NCBI GenBank assembly: GCA_019057375.1
Contig: DXJF01000050.1
Span: 32,001-96,000, forward strand
Length of the DNA stretch: 64,000 nucleotides
Origin: Candidatus Heimdallarchaeota archaeon
Lineage (GTDB): Archaea; Asgardarchaeota; Heimdallarchaeia; Heimdallarchaeales; Heimdallarchaeaceae
Direction of reading: 5' to 3'
Shown one piece after another: positions 8,548 through 19,498 of the stretch; within the stretch, counting starts at the first letter, position 1, and the number at the start of each line of letters is the position of its first letter. Below the pieces are notes generated by a model that saw only the letters and a program-made list of their open reading frames with translations, made no database searches and had not been told where the DNA came from. Made by a program: the position numbers and the translations under genes.

Positions 8548-11298
8548 TTATATGAAGTGTTGACTTTCGATTTTCTTTTTAATTTCATTAACGTTTTTCA
8601 GTAAGTCTTTGCTATTTTCATTCGTGAATATTTCCCAGTAATAGAACATTAATTGCTCAACCCAGCGATAATGTTTTTCAGCCTCAGAGAAGTTCGATTT
8701 ATCAAGTAATGTTAAGATATAATCGTTAAGAATTTCAACAAGGAATAAAGGATCAGTAATCCATTCTTTTTTATCTAATAAGCTTCGAATAACGTCATTT
8801 TTATCCACACTAAATTTCTTTAAGGTCTCATCAGGAACTTCACTAATAAGTGAATACATGTACATGTTTGCTGTAACAAATAGATAATCCCAAATGTGTT
8901 TAGAGAAGTGAAAATTCTCTTTCCGACTGTTTATTGTATTAAGAACCCAGCTTAGTAGTTCAATAGATGAATCATGTTTCTCAATTTTGATTAAATGTTT
9001 AATTAAGTGCAGATATAGATATATTCCACTGTCTTTAACATCTCTCTCTTTACATATTTCAAATAGAGGTTTAATCTCATGTAACTCGCCAAGAAGATAG
9101 ATAAATAATTCTAATAAAATGTCCCAATCTTTGAATTCACATAATTCACAGAGCAAATTAAGAGTTTCAACCAGATTGTACTCCTCATCTAAATTTTCAT
9201 CTTTAAAAAGCTGGATAATTTTAGATATAACACCAAATTTTCTGCTTTTATGGTCTTTTGATTTAGCTTCAAGAACCTCGAAATCTTGCTTGAAGTTATC
9301 ACTTTTAGCAACAATTCCCAAAAAGGTTCGATAATATAGGCTCTCCAAAATTTTCTCTCCCTCACCTAGTTTATTTGCGATTTCAACCAATTTATCGTTT
9401 AAAGCTTTTTTCTTTTCAAGGAACTCATTTGATATAGATAGGTATATCCCTTTAGTTTGCAACCAAGCATATTGATAGTAAAAATCTTTCCAGAATCTAG
9501 TATCACTTCTCTTTAGAAAATCTTCAATTAATGCTTGGAAGAAATCTTGCAGTGTTTCAGATGACACATTAACGCCGTAAGCATGAGTAATTAATTTTGA
9601 TAATGGATTCAGATTATCAGCATCTCTCAGAGATAAATCAAAGATGGTTATAGGATCCGCTTGAAAAATTTGTAAAATATCAGGAATTTTCAGGAAATCA
9701 AATGAAGTTTTTAGTTTTAAAACTGAATCTAAGATTTTAACTTTAAGATCTCTAAAACCACCCTCTTGGAGATAAAATCGGAATAGATTTAGTTGAGGAT
9801 TTTTCTCAGGCAGGTAAATAATTGCTTTAGAAGCAGGACAATTGATAGATCTTTGAACTTTAAGTAAAACTTCTTCTATTTCATCAATTTCATTCATTGT
9901 ACTTTTTCTTTCATCTGATAATAAACCAATAACTGAATAATAGGGAGATAAAGTTGAGTGTAATGACTGATATTCTGCAGGATCTACTTTGAAATCTTCT
10001 TTCATAAGAAGCATTATTCTTTCATTTTCTATCTCTAAATCAAGAACGAAAAAACACCGTTCTTCTTCAACAGTAAATCCTTCGATTTTCATTGATTTTT
10101 CATGTATATAACTATATGAAGCTTTTTCGATAATTCTTAGAAACTGTGAATAAGAAGTTGTAGGAAAATTATTAGTAATGGGGCTCATGACTTGTAAATG
10201 TGACTGTTTTTTGAAATCATCAGTGTTTATTGTAATAGATTTTACGCTAAATGGATCAAATAGAGGATTGAAAGACATAAAATAAAATATCAAGCTGGAA
10301 ATCTCTGTCAGTTTATATTTTATAAGAGATTCAATTTCGGAATACTTTTTCTCTTTAGCAAACTGATATGCTTTTTCCATTATGTTTTGAGCTTTCTTAA
10401 AGTCATTAATATTATAAAAGGCATCTGACAGTTTTTGACACAAAAATAAGTACTTTTCCTCATCATTCCATCTGGAAGATTGTAATAATATATCTGCAAA
10501 TTGATACAAGGTTTCGGGTTCTACAAGCATAAGGGATTTGGCAAACAAAACATCAACATTTTCCAGTATTTCTGAAAATAGGTAGGAAGCTGAACCTAAT
10601 TGTATTAAAAAGCCTGAAATGTTATTCTTAATCTCATCAAGCTTTTCTTTAGTATATGGGAGCTCCAAAGAATTCATTACAGTTAGAAGGTAAACAATAA
10701 CAAGAAAAATTGAGTGTACATCTTTTAGAGAGTCTTTTAGAACGTCAAACCATTTAAGAGTTGAGTCAAATCCCTTGATGTACTCATCTGTTTCCCAATA
10801 AGTTCTAGATTGAAGCTCAAGAATTATTGTTGCATTTTCAGAGAAAAACTCGGGATATTTTTGGATTTTTTTAATCTCTTTGAGGACTTTCTTGTAGTTT
10901 CGTCTTTTGTAATAATCAAAAGCTAATTGAACCCTGATGCCAATTTCAATATCAATGATTTTGATTTTTCTAGCTAAGGAAAGAGCGTTTTCAAGATATT
11001 CTAACTGCGATTCTCCCTTGTAATTTGCTATCTGAGCATTCAAAAGTAGTGTTTTCATTTTTGTAAAGTCATCTTTCCATTTACTCGCAAGACTATAGAG
11101 AACGTCACATATTTCTTCTGCTGTTTCGATTTGACCTTTGGTTAAAGCTTCTTGTCCTCTTAGAGCTAGATTAATAGAAAGAGTTTCTTTATCATTATCA
11201 AACTCAATATTATATCTAGTTGCAATTTGAGAAAGCTCTTCACCAGAGTCCTTCTCTAATTTTTTACTCTCTTTGCGTTTACTATCTTCTGGGGACAA
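8548..11298 (-). CDS. Large TPR-like alpha-solenoid protein
   Basis: 916-aa ORF with TTG start and repeated helix pairs (e.g. LENALSLARKIK, FYNINDFKKAQNIMEKAYQFAKE, FSEAEKHYRW). Confidence 0.65.
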   Translation of the reverse strand: MSPEDSKRKESKKLEKDSGEELSQIATRYNIEFDNDKETLSINLALRGQEALTKGQIETAEEICDVLYSLASKWKDDFTKMKTLLLNAQIANYKGESQLEYLENALSLARKIKIIDIEIGIRVQLAFDYYKRRNYKKVLKEIKKIQKYPEFFSENATIILELQSRTYWETDEYIKGFDSTLKWFDVLKDSLKDVHSIFLVIVYLLTVMNSLELPYTKEKLDEIKNNISGFLIQLGSASYLFSEILENVDVLFAKSLMLVEPETLYQFADILLQSSRWNDEEKYLFLCQKLSDAFYNINDFKKAQNIMEKAYQFAKEKKYSEIESLIKYKLTEISSLIFYFMSFNPLFDPFSVKSITINTDDFKKQSHLQVMSPITNNFPTTSYSQFLRIIEKASYSYIHEKSMKIEGFTVEEERCFFVLDLEIENERIMLLMKEDFKVDPAEYQSLHSTLSPYYSVIGLLSDERKSTMNEIDEIEEVLLKVQRSINCPASKAIIYLPEKNPQLNLFRFYLQEGGFRDLKVKILDSVLKLKTSFDFLKIPDILQIFQADPITIFDLSLRDADNLNPLSKLITHAYGVNVSSETLQDFFQALIEDFLKRSDTRFWKDFYYQYAWLQTKGIYLSISNEFLEKKKALNDKLVEIANKLGEGEKILESLYYRTFLGIVAKSDNFKQDFEVLEAKSKDHKSRKFGVISKIIQLFKDENLDEEYNLVETLNLLCELCEFKDWDILLELFIYLLGELHEIKPLFEICKERDVKDSGIYLYLHLIKHLIKIEKHDSSIELLSWVLNTINSRKENFHFSKHIWDYLFVTANMYMYSLISEVPDETLKKFSVDKNDVIRSLLDKKEWITDPLFLVEILNDYILTLLDKSNFSEAEKHYRWVEQLMFYYWEIFTNENSKDLLKNVNEIKKKIESQHFI

Positions 11299-11434
11299 TT
11301 TACATTAACCTTCTAACAAATGAGTGTCCAGATGACCGTTTATCAACGTTTTCTTTCAACAAATTAGATAGAAAAACAGTTACACGCAATAAAGTTCATT
11401 AATGTACCAACCAAAAAATGATTAGTGGTTCAGT

Positions 11435-13042
11435 ATGAGTGAATCAAGCTGGAGAGAAAGAATGCCTTGGAGAATAAACTATCCAGATAAATCAGTATTC
11501 GAATATTTCATAGAAATTTCAAAAGGTTTTGACGATAATAAGATTCTTTTCAAAGAGGGATCAAAGAATTATAAAGCTAAAGAAATAATTGAAAAGACCA
11601 ACAAGTTAGCTTATTTTTTGGATGCAAATTCAATTGAAAAAAATGAAACAGTAGCTATTTTGTTACCTAATTCAATCGGGTTTGTAATTTCAATATTTGC
11701 GTCATTTCAAATAGGGGCTAAAGTTACTCTAATTAACCCAAGATTATCACAAAAAGAGATTGCTTTTCAGCTAAGAGATTCTGAATCTAAAGTATTGATA
11801 ACAAATCACATACTGTGTGAAAAAATTTTGGAAATAGTAAGTCAATATCAGTTCAAAGCTAAGATTCTTATTAGTGATCCAGAAGAATCAGTGAAGGAAA
11901 CTACACTAGATAAAGAATGTGATTTAGTAATATTATCAAGTATACTTAGTAAAGAGGAAAAATTAACAGAAATAAGAAGCAAAGCGTCAGACCTAGCATT
12001 TCTTCTATATACAGGAGGAACTTCAGGCACGGCTAAAGCTGTAATGCTAACTCATTCTAATGTTCTCGCAAATGCTCTTCAATTTAATGAATGGGCAAAA
12101 GAAATACCACAAAAATTTACAGGTTGTGTTGTTTCTGCTCTACCAATGTGTCACAGTTTTGGTTTGCAATGCAGTTTCCTAGCCCCACTTTTTAGGGGTG
12201 AAATGATTGTCATAATCCCAAAATTTGAACCAAAGAGCTTGCTCAAATTGATGGTGGAGGAAAAAGCTACCTCTTTTTACGGTGTTCCAACAATGTACAT
12301 AGCTCTTCTTCGATCAAAAATAGAGAGTTATGACTTAGAGAGTCTAAAAGTTTGCGTTTCTGGTGGGTCAGCATTACCCAAAGAAGTTCAGGAAGAGTTC
12401 AAGCAAAAGACATCTGTAGAGATTACAGAAGGTTACGGATTAACTGAATGTAGTCCTGTTACTCATATAAATCCTTACGGTAAAGCGATTGTCAATTCCA
12501 TAGGTAAACCTCTCACTGACACATTAGCACGATTGGTTGATTCTGAAACTCTCGATGAAGTTGAAGAGGGTGAAGTTGGTGAGATAGTCATTTTAGGTCC
12601 TCAAGTTATGAAAGGATACTTTGGTAAAGGTTTAGAATCTTCCAATGTTTTTACTTCAGATGGATGGTTAAAAACTGGTGACTTAGCTCTTATAGATTCT
12701 GAGGGATATTTCTTTATTGTTGACAGATCCAAAGATGTTATCAATTCTGGTGGACTTAAGGTTTATCCCAGAGAAGTAGAAGAAGAACTCTACAAACACC
12801 CAGGAGTTTCACTTGTAACTGTAATACCTGTTCCAGATGATTACTTTGGTGAAGTAGGGAAGGCTTTTATTGTTGCAAAAGAAGGCCTAGAAATTACTGA
12901 AAATGAAATGAGAGAATTCTGTATCAATCAATCCATAACTAAGTACAAAATCCCTAAAACTTTCGAATTTGTTGATTCTTTACCATTAAGCGCAGCTGGT
13001 AAAGTTCTTAAAAGAGAATTAATCAAAAGAGAATCAATATAG
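11435..13042 (+). CDS. Long-chain fatty-acid--CoA ligase (AMP-binding enzyme)
   Basis: YTGGTSGTAK AMP motif, EGYGLTE, WLKTGD, DRSKDVINSGG and C-terminal GKVLKR. Confidence 0.92.
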   Translation: MSESSWRERMPWRINYPDKSVFEYFIEISKGFDDNKILFKEGSKNYKAKEIIEKTNKLAYFLDANSIEKNETVAILLPNSIGFVISIFASFQIGAKVTLINPRLSQKEIAFQLRDSESKVLITNHILCEKILEIVSQYQFKAKILISDPEESVKETTLDKECDLVILSSILSKEEKLTEIRSKASDLAFLLYTGGTSGTAKAVMLTHSNVLANALQFNEWAKEIPQKFTGCVVSALPMCHSFGLQCSFLAPLFRGEMIVIIPKFEPKSLLKLMVEEKATSFYGVPTMYIALLRSKIESYDLESLKVCVSGGSALPKEVQEEFKQKTSVEITEGYGLTECSPVTHINPYGKAIVNSIGKPLTDTLARLVDSETLDEVEEGEVGEIVILGPQVMKGYFGKGLESSNVFTSDGWLKTGDLALIDSEGYFFIVDRSKDVINSGGLKVYPREVEEELYKHPGVSLVTVIPVPDDYFGEVGKAFIVAKEGLEITENEMREFCINQSITKYKIPKTFEFVDSLPLSAAGKVLKRELIKRESI

Positions 13043-13121
13043 TTTTCTTAAATCTGATTTTTTCTTAAAATTCTTTGAAAAGTTTTTTAAATTAAGATAT
13101 TAATACAATCAAGGTGGTTTC

Positions 13122-14033
13122 TTGGGGTTGGAAACAGGGGAGGACAAAAAAAAGTACGAGATTGAATTACTTGAAAGTTTAATCGATAATAGTTTATATG
13201 AAGAAGCTCTATCTTTTATAACTAGAGCAATTTCAAAATATGACGATATTAGTTTAAAATATCTCAAAGGAAAAGTCTATTATTTAATAGGTAAATTCGA
13301 TGATTCAATCACTGAATTAACCAGTGTCATTACTGAAGATTCTGATTATTGGGAAGCTTATGAACTTCTAGGAGAGATTTATAGGATACGTAATCAGACT
13401 GAGATTGCTGAAAATTACTATTTCAAGTCTACATCTCTGAACTCGAGAGCCACCCAATCATGGCTTGGAAGAGGAAAACTAGCAATGGCTCGGGGAGAGT
13501 ATCAAGTAGCTGCATTAAGTTTTGAAACATACTTGAGAACTAAAAAGGAAGACATTATGGTCTGGAGGTTACTGGGAAGAAGCTATAAAGAGCTTGAAAA
13601 TTTCGTTTCTGCAATTGATGCTTATACTGAAGCTATTGAACTTGAACCTGTTAATCAAGATCTTTATGAAGAACTCGGTGATCTCTATCTCTTCATGGGA
13701 CATCATGATATAGCTAAGGAGAAATATCTCCAAGCACTACAAGTAGAAGAAAAAACACGACCTGTGAACGCGTCTATCTATAATAAACTATCAAGAATAT
13801 ATCTAGCTGAAGGTAACATACAGAAAGCATTCAGTCTGTGCAATGAGCTGTTAACTTTGTCAAAAGAAGATGATGCGGCATTATTTATTTCAGGTCAAGC
13901 TCTAATCAAAATGGGTCAAAAATATGAAGGAACCATTAGAGTAAAGAAAGCCTTTGAGATCTCTAACAATCAAGAATACAAGGATTATCTAAACAAACTA
14001 GATGAAGAACTGTATGGTCCTAAATATGTTTAA
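13122..14033 (+). CDS. Tetratricopeptide-repeat protein
   Basis: Multiple TPR-like units (LKGKVYYLIGKFDDSI, LLGEIY, WRLLGRSYKELENFVSAIDAYTEAIELEP). Confidence 0.85.
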   Translation: MGLETGEDKKKYEIELLESLIDNSLYEEALSFITRAISKYDDISLKYLKGKVYYLIGKFDDSITELTSVITEDSDYWEAYELLGEIYRIRNQTEIAENYYFKSTSLNSRATQSWLGRGKLAMARGEYQVAALSFETYLRTKKEDIMVWRLLGRSYKELENFVSAIDAYTEAIELEPVNQDLYEELGDLYLFMGHHDIAKEKYLQALQVEEKTRPVNASIYNKLSRIYLAEGNIQKAFSLCNELLTLSKEDDAALFISGQALIKMGQKYEGTIRVKKAFEISNNQEYKDYLNKLDEELYGPKYV

Positions 14034-14082
14034 TACAAATTTTTAGAAGGAGATTTATACTCCTTCAGATATCTAGACAATA

Positions 14083-14820
14083 ATGGAAGAGTTTGAGAAT
14101 TTCTTTAAGGCATCTGAAACTAGAATCGCTAGATTAGGATACATGATATGGGACATTTATACTTGTCCAGAAATAATAATCATAGATAACCTTGGTGCTT
14201 CCTTCAGATGTTCTTATGACTTGCATACAACAGTTTTTGGACCTCCTAATAAAGAAATACTAGAAAATTTCAACCCAAAAGGACAAATTAGTCTTTCTTT
14301 TGATACAGAATGGAGGGAACTCATTGGAGAACATTTCACAAAGTTCATCCCCATGGATAAATCTGTACAAAATAAAGATATCAATACATTTGTTTGCATG
14401 GAACTAGATAGAGAAAATTTTATTCCACAAAAGGTATATCAATCTAGAGAATTGCTCCTAGAAGATGCCAAACTTCTTGGATTAAAACATAGAATTCTCT
14501 TTTCCCAAGGATTAGGAGGAGTAGGAATAATAGAAAACAATGAATTAATTGGATGTGCTTTCACTCCGCATTATATACAAAATGACCGATTCTCTTTTGC
14601 AATAATAAGAGGAGTTTGGGTCAGAAAACAAAATCGTAATAGAGGTATTGGGTATGATTTGAGTTCAAAAATGTGTGAAGTTATTTTTGGCAAAGGCATT
14701 GAAAAAGTAACTCTTTGGGTTGAGGAAACAAATTTACCGGCAGTACAAATCTATGAGAAACTTCGATTCAATATAGTTGAAAAAGTGCATGGAGTAGACT
14801 GCGTAAAAAGTGAGAGATAA
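14083..14820 (+). CDS. GNAT-family acetyltransferase (C-terminal GNAT domain)
   Basis: IRGVWVRKQNRNRGIG and VEETNLPAVQIYEKLRF. Confidence 0.8.
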   Translation: MEEFENFFKASETRIARLGYMIWDIYTCPEIIIIDNLGASFRCSYDLHTTVFGPPNKEILENFNPKGQISLSFDTEWRELIGEHFTKFIPMDKSVQNKDINTFVCMELDRENFIPQKVYQSRELLLEDAKLLGLKHRILFSQGLGGVGIIENNELIGCAFTPHYIQNDRFSFAIIRGVWVRKQNRNRGIGYDLSSKMCEVIFGKGIEKVTLWVEETNLPAVQIYEKLRFNIVEKVHGVDCVKSER

Positions 14821-14823
14821 GTT

Positions 14824-15135
14824 CTAATAACCTATAAACTTTCTAAATTTTGTTTCTAGTTCTTTAGGATCAATTTTCACATTAACATCCGAAAGAACAA
14901 TTATTGGTGTTGCATTTTCCAATCTAATATGTTCAAGAGTATCCTCGATTCCAATTGTCGCAGAAGCAGAAAGAATAATCAAAGAATAGTCTTTTTGCAA
15001 AGTTTCTTCCAGTTTTTCAAGCGTTTCTTCAGGTGTAAATACTTCCTGACCTGGAACACCTATTAAATTAAAACCTCTTACCGTTTCTCTAGCTCCAATA
15101 ACAAAAGCTTTCTTCGATGACTCCAGATCTGACAT
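14824..15135 (-). CDS. atpF: A/V-type ATPase subunit F
   Basis: KAFVIGARETVRGFNLIGV...YSLIIL...PIIVL matches subunit F in size (103 aa) and pattern. Divergent from atpA. Confidence 0.85.
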   Translation of the reverse strand: MSDLESSKKAFVIGARETVRGFNLIGVPGQEVFTPEETLEKLEETLQKDYSLIILSASATIGIEDTLEHIRLENATPIIVLSDVNVKIDPKELETKFRKFIGY

Positions 15136-15170
15136 TGAAAATACATTCAGTTTGTTTGTTTAAAGCTTTG

Positions 15171-15220
15171 TGCTATAAATATGGTCGGTGAGTAAACTAT
15201 TTATTATATAAATTTATAAT
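15171..15220. promoter_or_regulatory. Probable bidirectional promoter between atpF and atpA
   Basis: 92-bp intergenic region with TATA-like elements: TATAAAT near 15174-15180 and TTATTATATAAATTTATAA at 15201-15219. Confidence 0.5.
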
Positions 15221-15227
15221 TGGACAA

Positions 15228-17030
15228 ATGCCCCATTCAGCTAAAGAAAGAGCCAGAATTGTTACGATTAAAGGTTCTACTGTTGAAGTAAGAGGTCTTT
15301 CTTCATATAGGATGGGAGAAATAACCTATGTAGGTGAAGAGAAACTCATAGGTGAAATTATCGAAATTGAAAGAAATTTTGCCACAGTTCAGGTATATGA
15401 ACCTCTTGAGGGATTGAAGATAAATGATCCTGTTTATCCTACAGGAAAATCTCTTTCAGCTGAACTTGGTCCAGGATTATTATCTAATATTTTTGATGGA
15501 ATTCAAAGACCATTAGAGCAAATAAAGAAGATATTATCCTCATCATTTATCCAAAGAGGAATTCATATCAATGCTTTAGATAGATATAAAAATTGGCTGT
15601 TCGAACCAAATAAAGATTTAACTAAAGGTCATTTGGTGAAAGGAGGAGATGTGTTAGGTTCTGTTCAAGAGACAGAGACTATAAAGAGTAATATTATTGT
15701 TCCTCCAAATACAAATGGGGAATTACTATCCATTCAAGAAAAGGGAGAATTTAAGATCACAGATCCTATAGTTGAGTTAAAGGGATCAGATAAAGAGAAG
15801 AAAGAGTTAACTTTAATGCACGAATGGCCTGTGAGAGTTGCCAGACCATTCTTAAAAAAATTACCTGTGTCTGAACCTCTTGTAACGGGTCAAAGAATAA
15901 TTGATATGTTCTTCCCGATAACCAAAGGTGGAACTGCTGCAATTCCAGGAGGATTTGGAACAGGAAAGACAATATTACAGCACCAATTATCAAAATGGAG
16001 CAATGCAGATGTAGTAATATACATTGGTTGTGGAGAGAGAGGAAATGAAATGACTGATGTTTTGAGAGAATTTCCTAAACTTGTAGATCCCCACACTCAA
16101 AACCCACTCATGGATAGAACATTGCTTATCGCTAATGTTTCTAATATGCCTGTTGCAGCTAGAGAAGCCTCAATTTACATGGGAATAACCATGGCTGAAT
16201 TCTATAGAGACCAGGGATTCAACGTTTTACTTACTGCAGATAGTACAAGTAGATGGGCTGAAGCTCTGAGAGAAATTGCTGGACAATTGGAAGAGATGCC
16301 AGTAGAAGAAGGTTATCCAGCTTATTTAGGAGCTAGATTAGCTAATTTCTATGAAAGAGCTGGTCAAGTTGTTACAATAGGTTCTCCATATAGAGAGGGT
16401 TCAATTAACATTACTGCAGCTATTTCTCCTCCTGGTGGTGATTTCAGTGAACCAGTTACTGCAAACACAAAACGTTTTGTGAAGACTTTTTGGGGCCTAG
16501 ATTCTAATTTAGCAAATAGAAAGCACTTCCCTTCAATTGACTGGTTAAACAGTTATTCAGGATATATAAAAGTAATAGAAGAATGGGCTTTGGAGGCCAA
16601 TTTGGAGGATTGGGGCCGTTATAGGCAAGAAATGTTTACAATTTTACAAAAAGATGATGAACTTCAACATATTGCTGAACTAATTGGTTCAAAGGCATTA
16701 CCTGCTGATGAACAGTTAATCATATTAGTAGCAGACATAATTAAAGAAGGATTTCTCCAGCAAAATGCCTTTGATAAGATTGATTCTTTCTGTCCTATAG
16801 AGAAACAAATGAAAATGATGAAACTTATGCTTCTATTTTATAATAGAGCTGAAGTTCTAATAAAGAATGGATGCCCAATCTCTTTAATCATTGGTTTAAA
16901 AACAGTTCAGATACTAAAACGAATGAAAGAAGATGTCCAAAACGACAATATAATCCAAATGAACAAAATAGAAGATTACATCCATACAGATATGGAGGAA
17001 CTAGGTTCTAAATACGGATACAAGGTGTGA
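15228..17030 (+). CDS. atpA: A/V-type ATPase catalytic subunit A
   Basis: Walker [32 protein letters not shown] and [12 protein letters not shown]. The non-homologous region is present. Confidence 0.97.
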   Translation: MPHSAKERARIVTIKGSTVEVRGLSSYRMGEITYVGEEKLIGEIIEIERNFATVQVYEPLEGLKINDPVYPTGKSLSAELGPGLLSNIFDGIQRPLEQIKKILSSSFIQRGIHINALDRYKNWLFEPNKDLTKGHLVKGGDVLGSVQETETIKSNIIVPPNTNGELLSIQEKGEFKITDPIVELKGSDKEKKELTLMHEWPVRVARPFLKKLPVSEPLVTGQRIIDMFFPITKGGTAAIPGGFGTGKTILQHQLSKWSNADVVIYIGCGERGNEMTDVLREFPKLVDPHTQNPLMDRTLLIANVSNMPVAAREASIYMGITMAEFYRDQGFNVLLTADSTSRWAEALREIAGQLEEMPVEEGYPAYLGARLANFYERAGQVVTIGSPYREGSINITAAISPPGGDFSEPVTANTKRFVKTFWGLDSNLANRKHFPSIDWLNSYSGYIKVIEEWALEANLEDWGRYRQEMFTILQKDDELQHIAELIGSKALPADEQLIILVADIIKEGFLQQNAFDKIDSFCPIEKQMKMMKLMLLFYNRAEVLIKNGCPISLIIGLKTVQILKRMKEDVQNDNIIQMNKIEDYIHTDMEELGSKYGYKV

Positions 17031-17033
17031 TGA

Positions 17034-18428
17034 ATGGCTCGTATAACAGTTAGAGGAGTATCAGAAATTCGAGGACCAATCATTATCATAGAAGGTGTTA
17101 CAGGTATCCGAATGGGAGAATATTTAGAAGTTAATCTGCCAAACAAACCTTCTAGAAAAGGTAGAGTTTTAGCAATTGAAGAGGAAAGAGTCATCATTCT
17201 GCTTTACCAAGGTACATATGAACTAGAAAAGGATGAAATTGAAACTGAATTTTTTGGAAGAACTATGCAGCTTTTTGTAGCTGAAGATATGATTGGCAGA
17301 GTATTTAACTCTCAAGGAGAGCCGTTGGATGGATTACCCAGCATCTATTCAGATGAATACAGGGATATTAATGGATCCCCAATCAACCCAACTTCTAGAA
17401 TTTATCCAAGAGATTACATCGAAACAGGAATTTCTTCAATAGATTCAATGAACACATTAGTAAGAGGTCAAAAATTACCAATCTTTACTGGGGCCGGGTT
17501 ACCAAATAACCTGCTGATAGGTCAAATAGTGAAACAAGCAAGAATTGCAGGAGCAGAAGGTGCAGATAAATTTGCTATTGTTTTTGGTGCTATGGGGTTG
17601 ACAATGGATGATTACATCTATTTTCAGCGTTTATTTGAAGAAACAGGTACACTAAACAAAGTTGTAATGTTCTCTAATTTAGCAAGCGATTCAGCTGCTG
17701 AGAGACTTATTACTCCTCGAGTTGCATTGACAACTGCTGAATATCTAGCTTTTGATAAGGGCTACCATGTTCTAGTAATTCTATCTGATATAACCAATTA
17801 TTGTCAAGCTTTAAGAGAAATTTCAGTTGCTCTAGAAACTGTACCTTCTAGAAAGGGTTTTCCTGGTTACATGTATTCAGATTTAGCCTCAATATACGAA
17901 AGAGCGGGAATAATAGAAGATTCAAAAGGAAGCATTACATTACTTGCTAATCTGACCATGCCAAATGATGATATTACACATCCGATTGCTGACTTGACAG
18001 GTTATATTACAGAAGGTCAAATTATCCTCGACCGCTCAATGCATAATCGAGGAATTTATCCACCAATTGATGTCTTAGGATCTCTTTCTCGTTTAATGAA
18101 AGATGGAATTGGAGAAGGCTATACAAGAAAGGATCATCCTTCTTTAAGCAATCAACTTTATGCTTCTTATGCTGAAGGATTAGATAAAAGAAGGCTTGCA
18201 GAAGTAATTGGAAAAAAAGAACTAAACCGTCGAGATCAGATTTTATATGAGTTTGCAGATAAATTTGAAGATAATTTTGTGAACCAAGGGGATAACTACA
18301 GATCAATTGTGGATTCTTTAAATCTTGGATGGTCATTATTATCTAACCTTCCAGAGACTGAATTAACTAAAGTATCTGAAGATCTAATTCTGGAACATAT
18401 CAAAAATAAAGGAGCTGATTCAGATTGA
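17034..18428 (+). CDS. atpB: A/V-type ATPase subunit B
   Basis: RGQKLPIFTGAGLP, ERLITPRVALT, GFPGYMYSDLASIYERAG and PIADLTGYITEGQI. Confidence 0.97.
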   Translation: MARITVRGVSEIRGPIIIIEGVTGIRMGEYLEVNLPNKPSRKGRVLAIEEERVIILLYQGTYELEKDEIETEFFGRTMQLFVAEDMIGRVFNSQGEPLDGLPSIYSDEYRDINGSPINPTSRIYPRDYIETGISSIDSMNTLVRGQKLPIFTGAGLPNNLLIGQIVKQARIAGAEGADKFAIVFGAMGLTMDDYIYFQRLFEETGTLNKVVMFSNLASDSAAERLITPRVALTTAEYLAFDKGYHVLVILSDITNYCQALREISVALETVPSRKGFPGYMYSDLASIYERAGIIEDSKGSITLLANLTMPNDDITHPIADLTGYITEGQIILDRSMHNRGIYPPIDVLGSLSRLMKDGIGEGYTRKDHPSLSNQLYASYAEGLDKRRLAEVIGKKELNRRDQILYEFADKFEDNFVNQGDNYRSIVDSLNLGWSLLSNLPETELTKVSEDLILEHIKNKGADSD

Positions 18429-19069
18429 GAGAAGTAATTAATGTTCCTCCAACAAAGGATAACTTGTTAAAATACAAGAAAAAGCTCCAATTAGTTGAAA
18501 GAGCATACGATTTACTTAGAGAAAAATATGAAGCATTATTAATGAAATTACATATCATCTCATCACAAGCAATTTCGATGAGAGAAAAAATGGATGAAAA
18601 TCTTAGTGAAGCTTATTATGAATATATCAAAACCGAATCAGAACTAGGAAAGGATATGATTAATATTTTTAGTGAAACAATCCTAAAAGAGGTCATAATA
18701 AATTCTTTACCTCTTGAATATATGGGAGTGTCTTACTCTGATTTACAGTTAACCAATCTTCCTGATCCTTCATATGGATTCTTTGGAATTTCTAGTTCAC
18801 TGTGGATAACTGCAAAAAGATTTCGTGACATATTTGATTTAATTGTTGAATTAGCAGAAATTGAGAATTTTGCATACAAAGTAATTCGTAATCTTCAATC
18901 TACACAATTAAGTCTTAATGCTTTGGATAAAGTATACCGAGTGAGATTTGGAAATATAGTCAAATATATTGAGGAAGCGTTAGAATCATATGAATTGGAG
19001 AGTATCTACACTATCAAGAAACTTAAACAAAAAATAGAGTTAAAAAATAAAATAAAGAGGAGAAAGTAA
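18425..19069 (+). CDS. atpD: A/V-type ATPase subunit D (divergent)
   Basis: NVPPTKDNLL...LLREK N-terminus and NALDKV...VKYIEEALE C-terminus. Overlaps the atpB stop. Confidence 0.85.
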   Translation: MREVINVPPTKDNLLKYKKKLQLVERAYDLLREKYEALLMKLHIISSQAISMREKMDENLSEAYYEYIKTESELGKDMINIFSETILKEVIINSLPLEYMGVSYSDLQLTNLPDPSYGFFGISSSLWITAKRFRDIFDLIVELAEIENFAYKVIRNLQSTQLSLNALDKVYRVRFGNIVKYIEEALESYELESIYTIKKLKQKIELKNKIKRRK

Positions 19070-19497
19070 TGAAAAAAGCACTTATCGCAATAGGAGACTT
19101 TGAAAGCGGTAAAAATCTAATCTCTCAAATTCTTGATTTCTTCTTTGATTGGGTTACAGAAATACATCTGCTGTATGTAATTGACAGAGAAAATGTAGAA
19201 CATCTAGCTAGTTATAGAAACACATCTATCGAACAGATTCTAGAAGAATATCACAGTCAGTATGCTAACATTCTTGAAAAACTCAAACTTGCTTTTTCAG
19301 ATACTCATTTGTTAATGACTTCTGAACTAGATCAAGGATTAGTTGCTGAAAGAATAATTGAAACCTCCAAAACTGAAAAGGTTGATTTCATAGTTATGGG
19401 AACAAGGAAGGAAAGTTATACAAAAAGACTATTGAAAAACTATGTTAGGTATGTAGTCGAATTGTCAGAAAGTCCTGTCTTACTATTTCCAGTATAA
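19069..19497 (+). CDS. Universal stress protein (UspA family)
   Basis: KKALIAIGD, IHLLYVID and VAERIIETSKTEKVDFIVMGTR...SPVLLFP. Its start overlaps the atpD stop. Confidence 0.85.
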   Translation: MKKALIAIGDFESGKNLISQILDFFFDWVTEIHLLYVIDRENVEHLASYRNTSIEQILEEYHSQYANILEKLKLAFSDTHLLMTSELDQGLVAERIIETSKTEKVDFIVMGTRKESYTKRLLKNYVRYVVELSESPVLLFPV

Positions 19498-19498
19498 A

